Shown one piece after another: positions 31,274 through 40,781 of a DNA stretch of 64,000 nucleotides. The translations under genes and the position numbers were made by a program. Origin of the DNA: Bacillota bacterium (lineage in GTDB: Bacteria; Bacillota; Bacilli; ZCTH02-B2); the NCBI GenBank assembly GCA_017577895.2, contig PKQY02000005.1, positions 2,336 to 66,335 of the forward strand, given 5' to 3'. Numbering within the stretch: position 1 is the stretch's first letter; each line of letters starts with the position of its first letter. The notes under the pieces were generated by a model, which saw nothing but the letters and a program-made list of their open reading frames with translations, ran no database searches and had not been told where the DNA came from.

Positions 31274-32131
31274 TCACGTCCATGCCTGGAGGAACGACCA
31301 CACCACTTCGACGAATGCGTCCGGCTTTTCCACGTGCACCGTATGTCCTGTATCCGGAACCGACACCCAGCGGCAACGGGAAATTCGGGTTTGCATCCAT
31401 TCTGCCAGACGATGGTACTTTTCATCAAGTTGCCCCGTCAACAACAACACCGGCATCGTCAACTCCGGCAGGCGTTCGTGCAGCGCCTCTTGCACGCCCG
31501 CCCCCATTCCCCGCAAGCTGCAGGCCAATCCTTGCGGCCGTTGCCGGAGCCGTTGCCGCCGAATTTGTTGGCGCACGGACTCCGGCAACCGTTTTTGACT
31601 GGCAAACAACGGCAGTTCTTCCCAGTAGGAGACGAACCATTGGATACCGTTTTCCTCCAACTGTTGCGCCAACCGTTCGTCTTGCCGCCGTCGAGCAGCC
31701 CGTTCCCCAGCGTCGGCAATGCCGGGAGAAGCACTTTCCATCGTCAGCGTCCGCACCTGATCGGGAGCGGCCAACGCCACATGGAGGGCCACGCGCCCGC
31801 CCATGGAATACCCCAGGAGGTGGAACGTGTCAATGCCCAAGCGGTCCAACAAGGCGAGCAAATCGTCGCACACCTGCTCCATCCGGTACAGTTGGGGATC
31901 GTCGGGACAAACCGTCTGCCCGTGGCCCGGCAAATCGACGGCCACCAGTCGAAAAGCGCGGCGAAAGACAGGGAAAAAGGGCAGCCACGTCTCACTGCTG
32001 CCAGTGAAGCCGTGCAGCAGAACAAGCGGCACACCGTCACCGTCGGTCAGCACCCGGTACGTCTTGCCGTTGACGGATATGGCCTGTTCCTTCGGATGCG
32101 GTTGGCCGTTTTGCTGCGACAATTGGTCCAC
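31274..32131 (-). CDS. menH: 2-Succinyl-6-hydroxy-2,4-cyclohexadiene-1-carboxylate synthase (alpha/beta hydrolase)
   Basis: LVLLHGFTGS and GYSMGGRVAL motifs; position between menD and menB. Confidence 0.85.
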   Translation of the reverse strand: MDQLSQQNGQPHPKEQAISVNGKTYRVLTDGDGVPLVLLHGFTGSSETWLPFFPVFRRAFRLVAVDLPGHGQTVCPDDPQLYRMEQVCDDLLALLDRLGIDTFHLLGYSMGGRVALHVALAAPDQVRTLTMESASPGIADAGERAARRRQDERLAQQLEENGIQWFVSYWEELPLFASQKRLPESVRQQIRRQRLRQRPQGLACSLRGMGAGVQEALHERLPELTMPVLLLTGQLDEKYHRLAEWMQTRISRCRWVSVPDTGHTVHVEKPDAFVEVVWSFLQAWT

Positions 32132-32137
32132 GCCGGT

Positions 32138-34054
32138 TCACCTCACAACGGGGCCGGCCAGCTGCGCGACGGCTTCTGCCACCCGCTCCCAGATACGGCG
32201 GTGTTGGCGGACGTTGACATCCCGCCGGCTGCGCACCTCAATCACGTGCAACCCGCCCTCGGTCAACCCCGTGCGCACCGCCTGGGCAAACTGATCCCAA
32301 TTTTCCACGCGGCAGTAGCGGCCGCCGTACATGGCCACCGCCGGCTCAAAAGAAAGACCATGGGGCGTGCCGAACAGCGCCTCAAAATGGCGCGGATGGT
32401 CCGCCTGCGGCAAAAAGGAAAAAATGCCGCCGCCGTCGTTGTTGACCAGCACGACGGTCAAATTCAACCGGTGCAACTTGGCCGCCAGCAGTCCGTTCAA
32501 ATCGTGATAAAACGACAAATCGCCGATGACCAACAGCGCCGGGCCATCCCCCGCGGCGCTGGCTCCCAAGGCACTGGAAACGACACCGTCGATGCCGTTG
32601 GCACCCCGGTTGGCATAAAATTCCACTGCCTTGTCCACGGACGGGAAAAAGCTGTCCAAATCGCGCACCGGCATGCTGTTTCCGGCAAACAACAGGCTTC
32701 CATCCGGCAACAGACGGAACAATTCGTGAAAAATGCGCCCTTCAAACAACCATCCGGCCCCTTCGCCGTCCGGCTCGCTCTCCAAGGCGGCCATCTCCCG
32801 TTCCATCACTTCGCGGGCTTGTCGGTTGGCCGTCTGCCACAAGGCCAGCCAGGCCCGCCTTGCTTCATGACCATGCACTGCCGACCTACCGGCAGCCCCG
32901 GCCCCGTTCCTTGCCGTCGTGGCCGTTGCCGGCGACAGGGCCGATACTTCATTGGTCATGACCGGCGGCGTGTCCGGTATGTACTGCGCCAGCCGGATGC
33001 AAAGGTCGGTCGAATCGGCCAACAGCACCTCCGCCGCGGCAAATGTCGGATCGGACCAGACGGGCGTGACGTCCACCACCCATTGCCGCACGTCGGCAAA
33101 GCGGTTCAAATATTGGACTAAAGGTTTGGATACCGGCAAGCCGCCGAAGCGCAAAACGACATCGGGTTTGGCCTGTTCGACAAAGGCCGGCACCCGCAAC
33201 AGCGCGTCGTACGCATCGATGACTGTCGTCAACGGATGACGACCACACCGGACTTGCGAAAGCGGATCGGCCAAAATCGGAAACTGCAGCCGCTCCGCCA
33301 GTTGTCCCACCGCCGCGGCAAAGCGGGGATCGGTCTGCGGACCGCAGACGATGAGGCCCCGCTCTGCGGAAGACAACTGCGCCGCCAGCTGCTGCAACGC
33401 CTCATCGCCGATAGCGGGCCGGCCGGCCGTCACCTGGACAAAGGGCGCTGTCCCCTCCTCGTTCTCGCGGCCGCTCTTCCACGGTGCCAGGGCGTCTTCT
33501 TCCGACGGCGCGACAGGAATTAACGGCTCACGAAAAGGAAAATTCAGATGAACGGGACCTGCAAAAGGTCCCGTCGCCGCCGCCACCGCCTTGGCCGCCA
33601 CCGTCCGCACGTAGCGCAACAGTTCCGGCTCGTTTTCCGGCAAAGCCATTTCCAAAAACCAACGCACGTGTCGGCCAAACAGATGCAGTTGGTCAATCGT
33701 CTGCGGCGCGCCGGCATCCCGCAGCTCCGGCGGCCGGTCCGCCGTCAACAGCAACAGCGGAACGCGGGCGTAATGGGCCTCCACGACCGCCGGAGCGAAA
33801 TTGGCCGCCGCCGTGCCCGACGTGCAGAGGACGGCTACCGGCTCCCGCAACCGTTTTGCCATCCCTAAAGCAAAAAAGGCGGCGGAACGCTCGTCCAAGT
33901 GCATCCAACAACGCAAACGGGGGTGTTCCGCCATCCGCATGGCCAGCGGCGTGGAACGGGACCCAGGACAATACACAACGTGCCGCACGCCGCTGCGGGC
34001 CAATTCTTCGATAAATGCATTTATATAAACGTACACCGCCTGAGGCCGATTCAT
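32138..34054 (-). CDS. menD: SEPHCHC synthase (ThDP-dependent)
   Basis: FIEELARSGVRHVVYCPGSRSTPL N-terminus and the ThDP motif GDLSFYHDLNGL...NNDGGGIF. The start ATG overlaps the menF stop (ATGA). Confidence 0.93.
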   Translation of the reverse strand: MNRPQAVYVYINAFIEELARSGVRHVVYCPGSRSTPLAMRMAEHPRLRCWMHLDERSAAFFALGMAKRLREPVAVLCTSGTAAANFAPAVVEAHYARVPLLLLTADRPPELRDAGAPQTIDQLHLFGRHVRWFLEMALPENEPELLRYVRTVAAKAVAAATGPFAGPVHLNFPFREPLIPVAPSEEDALAPWKSGRENEEGTAPFVQVTAGRPAIGDEALQQLAAQLSSAERGLIVCGPQTDPRFAAAVGQLAERLQFPILADPLSQVRCGRHPLTTVIDAYDALLRVPAFVEQAKPDVVLRFGGLPVSKPLVQYLNRFADVRQWVVDVTPVWSDPTFAAAEVLLADSTDLCIRLAQYIPDTPPVMTNEVSALSPATATTARNGAGAAGRSAVHGHEARRAWLALWQTANRQAREVMEREMAALESEPDGEGAGWLFEGRIFHELFRLLPDGSLLFAGNSMPVRDLDSFFPSVDKAVEFYANRGANGIDGVVSSALGASAAGDGPALLVIGDLSFYHDLNGLLAAKLHRLNLTVVLVNNDGGGIFSFLPQADHPRHFEALFGTPHGLSFEPAVAMYGGRYCRVENWDQFAQAVRTGLTEGGLHVIEVRSRRDVNVRQHRRIWERVAEAVAQLAGPVVR

Positions 34055-35505
34055 CCTATCACACTTCCTATTGCCGACAACATCGGCGTCATTTTCACCC
34101 GCGTCTCCTCCCATTCGGTCTGCGGGTCGGAATCCCCCATGATTCCGCAGCCGGCAAACAACACCGCCTCCCGTCCTTGGAACAAAGCCGAACGCAAGGC
34201 CACTGCAAACTCCCCGTTGCCGTCGCTGTCCATCCAGCCGATGGCTCCTGCATACCAGCCCCGATCCATCTGCTCTAACGCCCGAACCCGTGCCATGGCC
34301 GCCTCCCGCGGATACCCGCCGACGGCCGGCGTCGGATGCAACGCCTGCACCAACTGCAACAGTTGCCGCCCCGGCTTCAGACGGCCCCTCACCGGGGTAT
34401 ACAAATGTTGGATATCCCGCAACTTCATCAGTACCGGTTCTTCCGGAATGTGCAACATTTCACAATAGGGCGCCAGGGCTTCGCGAATCATCTCCCGCAC
34501 AACGGCGTGCTCGGCCCGGTTTTTGCGGTCCGCCAACAGCCGCTCTCCAAGCCGCTCATCTTCTTCCGGCGTCCGGCCCCGGGCCATGGACCCGGCCAAA
34601 GCGGCGACCCGCACCTCCTGCTGCGCCACTTCCACCAGCCGTTCGGGCGTGGCTCCGAGAAAACAGCCCGCCCCCCGGCGGATGGCAAACAAATAACAGT
34701 TGTTTCCTTGTTGCCGGCGCAACGCCCGCAATACGTCGGCCGTCGGCCAGTCGCGGGACACGCGGAGAAAGAGCCTTCGGGCCAGCACGATTTTTTTCAA
34801 ATGCCCGTCCCGAATTTCCTGCGCACCCTGACGGACCGCATGCATCCACGTCTCGGGATCATCTTCCCACACGTCCACCCCGTTTTGTTTCAGCCGTGTC
34901 AACCAATCGCCCGTGGCCGGCGACGCTTCTGGAGACACCTGCTCTCCTCGTTGCCCCGTTCGGGCCGACTCAAGCCAATCTGAAGCTTTCTCCCACCATT
35001 GGAGCCCGGTCTCATCCGCATCTTGAGGTGAAATGAACCGGTTTACCGTGAGCCACCCTTGATCGTCGCCGTCCCGCAATACAAATTGAAACTCGGGCAA
35101 CACGAAACTCACCCGAGGGAAGTCCTGCCATAGCGCCGTGGGTTGCTTCTCTTGATCAAACGAAAAGCCGCCAAACAGGACTGGCCCCAAGCCCGGCTCC
35201 ACCGGACCTTCCCGCAGTCCCGCCGACAGCCATTGTTGCCAACGCTCCAATGATGGTTCCCCATCCGTCAATTCCGCCGCCCGGCCTAACCCGACCAGGA
35301 CATAACGGCTTCCCGGATTCGCCCACAGCATCACCTGTTCCCGCAATCGCAAGCCACGTTCAAACAGATCGACTGGATCCGCCGCAGCCACCGGAACCGT
35401 CACGCTAACCAAGACCACTGCCGCCCGTTGCATGGCCATTTCCTTGCCTTTTTGCCACGCCGTCTCAATTTGTTGCCGACCGAGCCTGGTAATGCAAAGC
35501 GCCAT
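34051..35505 (-). CDS. menF: Isochorismate synthase
   Basis: Chorismate-binding domain motifs (LHPTPAVGGYP, GWYAGAIGW); first gene of the men operon. Confidence 0.9.
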   Translation of the reverse strand: MALCITRLGRQQIETAWQKGKEMAMQRAAVVLVSVTVPVAAADPVDLFERGLRLREQVMLWANPGSRYVLVGLGRAAELTDGEPSLERWQQWLSAGLREGPVEPGLGPVLFGGFSFDQEKQPTALWQDFPRVSFVLPEFQFVLRDGDDQGWLTVNRFISPQDADETGLQWWEKASDWLESARTGQRGEQVSPEASPATGDWLTRLKQNGVDVWEDDPETWMHAVRQGAQEIRDGHLKKIVLARRLFLRVSRDWPTADVLRALRRQQGNNCYLFAIRRGAGCFLGATPERLVEVAQQEVRVAALAGSMARGRTPEEDERLGERLLADRKNRAEHAVVREMIREALAPYCEMLHIPEEPVLMKLRDIQHLYTPVRGRLKPGRQLLQLVQALHPTPAVGGYPREAAMARVRALEQMDRGWYAGAIGWMDSDGNGEFAVALRSALFQGREAVLFAGCGIMGDSDPQTEWEETRVKMTPMLSAIGSVIG

Positions 35506-35593
35506 CCCGTTCCATCCTTTCCCGGCTTTCCACCACTACTACAATAAAACGACCCCAGATTCAGTGTCAACTTTCAAGCTGCGACTCGCCGAT

Positions 35594-37141
35594 TCAAAGC
35601 AAGCGCAACCCTTTCGGGTAATGGTTCTTGAGTTGCCCACCGCTGGCTTTCCCCCAGCCCAAAGGAAAACCGTCGACGGTGACCAACACCCATCCGGCTC
35701 GTCCAGCCTCCTCGGACAACGGAAAACTTTCGCCCCGCAAATACCGCACCGCCGCCTGAGGTCCATCCGCATCCAGTGACAACTCCACGGTTTGGACGAC
35801 CGCCTCCGCTGGCAACGTCATCGCCAAAGCGTGGGCCGGTTCCAATCGGTCTTTTTTCAGCGTGCCTAAATGCAACCCCGGCCGAAGCACCCGCAAGCCC
35901 GCCAAACGCTGTCGCACGCTTTCCTCTACGGCTTCGGGAAGCAAAAACAGCTGTTCATGCCGAATGATCAGCCGTTCCGGTGCCACCGACGCCAACGGCA
36001 CCACCTTCTCCGCTGCCCCTTGCAAAAACTGTTGAGCAAACGCCGTCCACCGGCTCCAAGCGTCCCGCCATTGGCTGTCGGAAGCCGTCTTCCGCAGCAG
36101 TTTGCCGGCGGCCGACCGGGATGTTCCTGCTCTTGCCTGTCCCCGACGGCTGTCAGATGAAGCTTTGGCGTCGGTCGCATCGGCTGCCTTCACCATCACG
36201 GCGACAAAATGGCCTTCCCCCCGCACCCGATGGGGCCAAATGCGGACACAGTTGGACAACTGGGGCCGGCCATCGCCCCACTGGGGCCTGCCGGGATCAA
36301 AATGGACGGCTAAAGGGTGCCGGACCAGTTGAAAGTCTGGATGGCGCACCAAAAAACGGGCCACCGTCCCTTCGTTTTCCTCCGGCGAAAACGTGCACGT
36401 GGAGTACACCAACGTTCCACCCGGCTTCAACATGGTCGCCGCGGCATCCAAAATGTTATCCTGGCTTTTGGCAAAACGGCGGACGTTGTCCAACGACCAC
36501 ACCAACATCATCTGCGGATCTTTGCGAAACATCCCTTCGCCGGAACACGGCGCATCCACCAAGATTTTGTCAAAAAACGCCGGGAAGTGTTCCGCCAGCC
36601 GGTCGGGACGCTCCACGGTCACCACCGCATTGCGGATGCCGAACCGCTCGATGTTTTCCACCAAAATCGACGCACGGCTCGGTTGGATTTCGTTGGCCAC
36701 CAGCAACCCTTCCCCCCGCAAAGCCGCTCCGATCTGTGTCGCCTTGCCGCCGGGAGCCGCGGACAAATCCAACACCGTCTCGCCGGGCTGCACGTCCAAC
36801 ATCTCCACCGCCGCCATGGCGCTCGGCTCTTGAATGTAGTACAGGCCAGCTGCATGATAGGGATGTTTCCCCGGGCGGCTTTCCGGTGAATAGTAAAAGC
36901 CCGTCGGGCACCACGGCACCGGTTCCAGTGGAAACGGACAACGGGTGAACCATTCTTCTGGCTCAGTTTTCAACGGATTGATTCGTAAACCGTACACCCG
37001 CTCCTGGCGGAGCGCAGCCAAAAACGGTTCTGCTTCATCTTCCAACTGATGGCGCATCCGTTGCACGAACGCTTCCGGCAGGCGCCCATAGGACGAATGT
37101 CCTTGTCCCTTGCGCTGTTGCGCCCTATCCTTTGTCATCAC
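35594..37141 (-). CDS. RsmB/RsmF-family (NOL1/NOP2/Sun) RNA m5C methyltransferase
   Basis: SAM-binding motifs LDLSAAPGGKAT and DAPCSGEGMFRK, TLVYSTCTF, and a C-terminal PUA-like extension. Confidence 0.85.
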   Translation of the reverse strand: MMTKDRAQQRKGQGHSSYGRLPEAFVQRMRHQLEDEAEPFLAALRQERVYGLRINPLKTEPEEWFTRCPFPLEPVPWCPTGFYYSPESRPGKHPYHAAGLYYIQEPSAMAAVEMLDVQPGETVLDLSAAPGGKATQIGAALRGEGLLVANEIQPSRASILVENIERFGIRNAVVTVERPDRLAEHFPAFFDKILVDAPCSGEGMFRKDPQMMLVWSLDNVRRFAKSQDNILDAAATMLKPGGTLVYSTCTFSPEENEGTVARFLVRHPDFQLVRHPLAVHFDPGRPQWGDGRPQLSNCVRIWPHRVRGEGHFVAVMVKAADATDAKASSDSRRGQARAGTSRSAAGKLLRKTASDSQWRDAWSRWTAFAQQFLQGAAEKVVPLASVAPERLIIRHEQLFLLPEAVEESVRQRLAGLRVLRPGLHLGTLKKDRLEPAHALAMTLPAEAVVQTVELSLDADGPQAAVRYLRGESFPLSEEAGRAGWVLVTVDGFPLGWGKASGGQLKNHYPKGLRLL

Positions 37142-37172
37142 TTATCACCTCAGGCCTCTCGGCAATCCTAAC

Positions 37173-37190
37173 GATGCGATGATTCGCATC
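37173..37190. promoter_or_regulatory. Inverted repeat GATGCGA-tgat-TCGCATC upstream of the MFS gene (operator candidate)
   Basis: Perfect 7-bp arms, lying just upstream of an extended -10-like TGATAAAAT. Confidence 0.3.
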
Positions 37191-37256
37191 TCGACAACTC
37201 GTGATAAAATAAATTTATGTTTGAAATGTTGAGCATGGGAGAGGAGATGCCACGGA

Positions 37257-38495
37257 ATGGAAGCGGCGCTCAAGTCTTCTCAACCGGCCACCCGGACGCT
37301 TTACAACATTTTGTTCTCCATCAGTCTCGTCCACTTGTTTAATGATACCATTCAGGCCGTCATCCCCGCCATCTTTCCTATCTTGCGGGAATCGATGCAA
37401 CTGAGCTACTTTCAGCTGGGTCTGGTGGCCTTTGCCCTCAACATGACGGCATCGGTGATGCAACCGGTGGTAGGCTGGTACACCGACAAACGCCCGATGC
37501 CGTACATGTTGCCCATCGGTATGTGCCTCACCTTGTGCGGCATGTTGGGACTGGCCTTTGCACCCAACTACGGATTCGTGCTGCTTTCGGTGATGTTGGT
37601 GGGCTTGGGCTCCGCCATTTTCCACCCCGAAGGCTCCCGCGTCGCCTACCTCAGCAGCGGCAACCGACGCGGACTGGGCCAATCCATTTTCCAAGTCGGC
37701 GGCAACAGCGGCCAATCGCTGGCTCCGATCATGACGGCGCTGGTCTTTGTCAATTTGGGACAAAGGGGTGCCGCCTGGTTTGCCATCCCGGCTGGCCTGG
37801 CCATTCTCGTCATGATGTACATCGCCTCATGGTACACGACCCAGCTTCCCCGGCTGCAGGAAATGAAAAAACGGTCGGCAAAACGCGCGGCGACCGGTGC
37901 GGTATCGGCCCAGCATCAGCGCCGGCTGCGGCTGGTCCTGGTGTTGTTGGTCGGATTCGTCTTTGTCCGGTCGTGGTACCATGCCGGCATCACCAACTTT
38001 TATCCGTTCTACTTGATGGAACAATACGGTGTGACGGTGAAGGGCGCCCAACTGTACATTTTTCTCTTCCTGGCAGCCGGCGCATTAGGCACTTTTTTAG
38101 GCGGACCGCTGGCCGACCGGTTCGGCAAGCGGAACGTCATCCTGTTTTCGATGTTGGGCTCAGCCCCTCTGTCCCTCTTGTTGCCTCATGTCAATGCCGC
38201 CTGGGCATACGCGCTGTCGCTGGTCATCGGCTTCATCATTTTATCCAGCTTTTCCGTCACCGTCGTCTACGCCCAAGATTTGATGCCGGGTAAAGTCGGT
38301 ACCGTGTCGGGCTTAATCATCGGGTTCGCCTTCGGCATGGGGGCATTGGGCTCGGTGGCCCTGGGGGGATTGGTGGACTTGTTAGGAGTAAAAACGGTCA
38401 TGATTCTCTGCAGCTTTTTGCCGGTATTGGGCATTGTCTCCCTGTTGCTGCCGACGGACAAAAAACTGGAAAAGTGGGCTGCCAGCGAAAACTGA
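37257..38495 (+). CDS. MFS transporter (Fsr/fosmidomycin-resistance-like subfamily)
   Basis: 412 aa, 12 TM, with the LVHLFNDTIQAVIPAIFPIL motif typical of this subfamily. Confidence 0.88.
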   Translation: MEAALKSSQPATRTLYNILFSISLVHLFNDTIQAVIPAIFPILRESMQLSYFQLGLVAFALNMTASVMQPVVGWYTDKRPMPYMLPIGMCLTLCGMLGLAFAPNYGFVLLSVMLVGLGSAIFHPEGSRVAYLSSGNRRGLGQSIFQVGGNSGQSLAPIMTALVFVNLGQRGAAWFAIPAGLAILVMMYIASWYTTQLPRLQEMKKRSAKRAATGAVSAQHQRRLRLVLVLLVGFVFVRSWYHAGITNFYPFYLMEQYGVTVKGAQLYIFLFLAAGALGTFLGGPLADRFGKRNVILFSMLGSAPLSLLLPHVNAAWAYALSLVIGFIILSSFSVTVVYAQDLMPGKVGTVSGLIIGFAFGMGALGSVALGGLVDLLGVKTVMILCSFLPVLGIVSLLLPTDKKLEKWAASEN

Positions 38496-38518
38496 TCTTT
38501 CCCGTATGTCCCAAAAAA

Positions 38519-38560
38519 CAAAGGCTGCTTGCGGAGTTGGTTCGCAAGCAGCCTTTTTAC
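38519..38560. terminator. Bidirectional intrinsic terminator
   Basis: AAGGCTGCTTGCG-gagttggtt-CGCAAGCAGCCTT followed by TTTT; sits between convergent genes. Confidence 0.8.
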
Positions 38561-38603
38561 GAAAAAAACGACAACGGACTTGCCACATCAAAGCCGACTT
38601 TCC

Positions 38604-38762
38604 TCAGTTGGCTTTTTTCTGTTCCCGCTTCAGTTCTTCCATGATTTCGTCAATTTCCATAATCTTTAGGACAATTTGGCGCTTTTCTTCTTCACTGGCT
38701 GTTTCAAATTCGGACAACAGTTGTTCCCGTTGCATTGCGTATCGCTGCATCTCGTTCAGCAT
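38604..38762 (-). CDS. Unlisted 52-aa highly charged helical protein (hypothetical)
   Basis: SD GAGGTGGAAG + ATG. Translation: MLNEMQRYAMQREQLLSEFETASEEEKRQIVLKIMEIDEIMEELKREQKKAN. Below the 60-aa cutoff of the track; followed by the terminator at 38519-38560. Confidence 0.45.
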   Translation of the reverse strand: MLNEMQRYAMQREQLLSEFETASEEEKRQIVLKIMEIDEIMEELKREQKKAN

Positions 38763-38997
38763 GGTTCTTCCACCTCTCGTTTTTATCTATTATCTCCAGT
38801 TTTCATTCTTTTAACCGATTTCACTTTCATTATAACAAAAATTATGTCGATTGTTGCCGTAATGTTTGAACACTTTATGACAAAGCTCGACAAAAGACAA
38901 AAATCCCCTTGACAAATTTTTGTCGACTGTTCCCAGCCTAAAACGGTTCGGCTTTGTTACAATAAACAGGAATACGGTGATGGACAGGAGGGTGGCC

Positions 38998-39570
38998 ATG
39001 GCAGAAAACCTGCGATTTTCCGGTCCGCAACGCCGTCAATGGATTTTGGAGACGTTAAAAAATGCGGCCAGTCCCGTCACCGGAACGGAACTGGCCAAAC
39101 GCGCCAACGTCAGCCGACAAGTCATCGTTCAAGATATCGCCCTCTTGCGGGCGGCACAGGCTCCGATTTTGGCCACACCGCAAGGGTATGTGTATTATGA
39201 AAATCCCGGTTCTCATCAAGACGCGCCTTGCTCGCGGGTCATCGCCTGCAAACACCGCCTGGAAGAGACGGAATTGGAATTGAACACGTTGGTGGATCAC
39301 GGCCTGCACGTCTTGGACGTCATCGTGGAACACCCCATTTACGGCGAGTTGCGGGGTTCCTTGATGCTGAAAAATCGCCGGGACGTGCAACATTTCCTGA
39401 AAAACATGCGCCGCTCCGGCGCCTCTCTGCTATCGAGCTTAACCGACGGCGTGCACTTGCACACGGTGGCTGCCGAAAGCGAGGCCCGCATTGACGAAGC
39501 GTGCGAGGCGCTGGCCCGGCTCGGCATTTTGCTGCACGAGCGGGTCACTCAAAGGGAACGGGAATATTGA
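38998..39570 (+). CDS. niaR: Transcription repressor NiaR/NadR (HTH_11 + 3H domain)
   Basis: [44 protein letters not shown], then a 3H domain with conserved His residues (CKH.., [14 protein letters not shown]). SD GGAGGGTGG + ATG at 38998. Confidence 0.85.
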   Translation: MAENLRFSGPQRRQWILETLKNAASPVTGTELAKRANVSRQVIVQDIALLRAAQAPILATPQGYVYYENPGSHQDAPCSRVIACKHRLEETELELNTLVDHGLHVLDVIVEHPIYGELRGSLMLKNRRDVQHFLKNMRRSGASLLSSLTDGVHLHTVAAESEARIDEACEALARLGILLHERVTQREREY

Positions 39571-40628
39571 AGATCCCGAATGATTTCCGGCGTCAGGCGG
39601 CGGATGAGGGCCACCAACAGCCGCTTGGCCGCCTCGTAATCGTCGCGGTTGATGATGGAAGCATGACTGTGAATGTAACGGGCCGGGATACTGATGACCG
39701 CCGACGGCACCCCTTCACCCCACAAGTGTACCCGGCCGGCGTCGGTGCCGCCCTGTGAAACAAAAAACTGATACGGAATGTTTTCGCTCTCGGCCACGTC
39801 CAACAAAAAGTCCCGCAAGCCCGGCAACAAAATCATCGTGCGGTCGTAAATCCGGATGAGCACGCCTTCTCCTTGCCGGCCGAAGCCGTCCTTGACCCCC
39901 GGGGTATCGCCCGCCGGTCCCGCGTCGAGGCCGAAAAACAAGTCGGGCCGAATGAGCTGGGCCGCCACCGCTGCCCCGCGCAACCCCACTTCTTCCTGCA
40001 CCGTAGCCCCGCTGTACACATTGACCGGCAACGTGTCTCCATGTAGTTCCCGCAGCAATTCGATGGCCAGGGCACAGCCGTATCGGTTGTCCCACGCTTT
40101 GGCCAACAACTTTTTGCCACCGGCCAGCACTGTAAAAGGAGTATCCGGCACAATGGGCTGACCGGGTTTGACGCCCAACGCCTCCGCTTCCTCCTTGCTG
40201 TCGGTGCCGATGTCGATGAACATGTTTTTGATCTGCACCGGTTTTTTTCGTGCGTCTTCATCTAACAAATGGGGCGGGGTCGAACCGATGACGCCTGGCA
40301 CAACGCCTTGCTCGGTCACAATGTTCACCCGTTGGGCCAAGAGCACCTGCTCCCACCAGCCGCCCAACGGTTGAAAACGGATAAATCCTTTTTCCGTAAT
40401 TTGCGTCACCATGAACGCCACTTCATCCATGTGACCGGCTACCATGACGTTGGGCGCATCGGGGGACGCTTCCTTCACCCCGAACACACCGCCCAACCGA
40501 TCCGCCACCAACCGGTCACTGTACCGTTTTAATTCGCTTTCCATGATCTCCCGCACCGGTCCTTCAAAGCCCGGCGCCCCCGGCGCTTCCGTCAGGCGCT
40601 GAAAAAGCGCCAGCTGTTCGTCTTGCAT
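39549..40628 (-). CDS. M42-family glutamyl aminopeptidase (YsdC/FrvX-like)
   Basis: [13 protein letters not shown] and [12 protein letters not shown] motifs. SD GGAGGTGGAAGGG + ATG at 40628. The 3' end overlaps niaR by 22 nt. Confidence 0.88.
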   Translation of the reverse strand: MQDEQLALFQRLTEAPGAPGFEGPVREIMESELKRYSDRLVADRLGGVFGVKEASPDAPNVMVAGHMDEVAFMVTQITEKGFIRFQPLGGWWEQVLLAQRVNIVTEQGVVPGVIGSTPPHLLDEDARKKPVQIKNMFIDIGTDSKEEAEALGVKPGQPIVPDTPFTVLAGGKKLLAKAWDNRYGCALAIELLRELHGDTLPVNVYSGATVQEEVGLRGAAVAAQLIRPDLFFGLDAGPAGDTPGVKDGFGRQGEGVLIRIYDRTMILLPGLRDFLLDVAESENIPYQFFVSQGGTDAGRVHLWGEGVPSAVISIPARYIHSHASIINRDDYEAAKRLLVALIRRLTPEIIRDLQYSRSL

Positions 40629-40713
40629 CCCTTCCACCTCCGGCAAATTCAGCTCCACACTAATGCTAATACTACGCGAATGCCGGAGGTAAAGCAAAAT
40701 GTCAGAACAATCA

Positions 40714-40749
40714 ACGCCTTTCTGTCGGCACGTGCCGACAGAAAGGCGT
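40714..40749 (-). terminator. Perfect 36-bp palindrome; probable terminator after the symporter gene
   Basis: ACGCCTTTCTGTCGGCAC/GTGCCGACAGAAAGGCGT (18-bp arms, no spacer), followed on the minus strand by TGATTGTTCTG. Confidence 0.6.
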
Positions 40750-40781
40750 CAGATAACCAGGCATGCCCCAAAAACGGCGAA

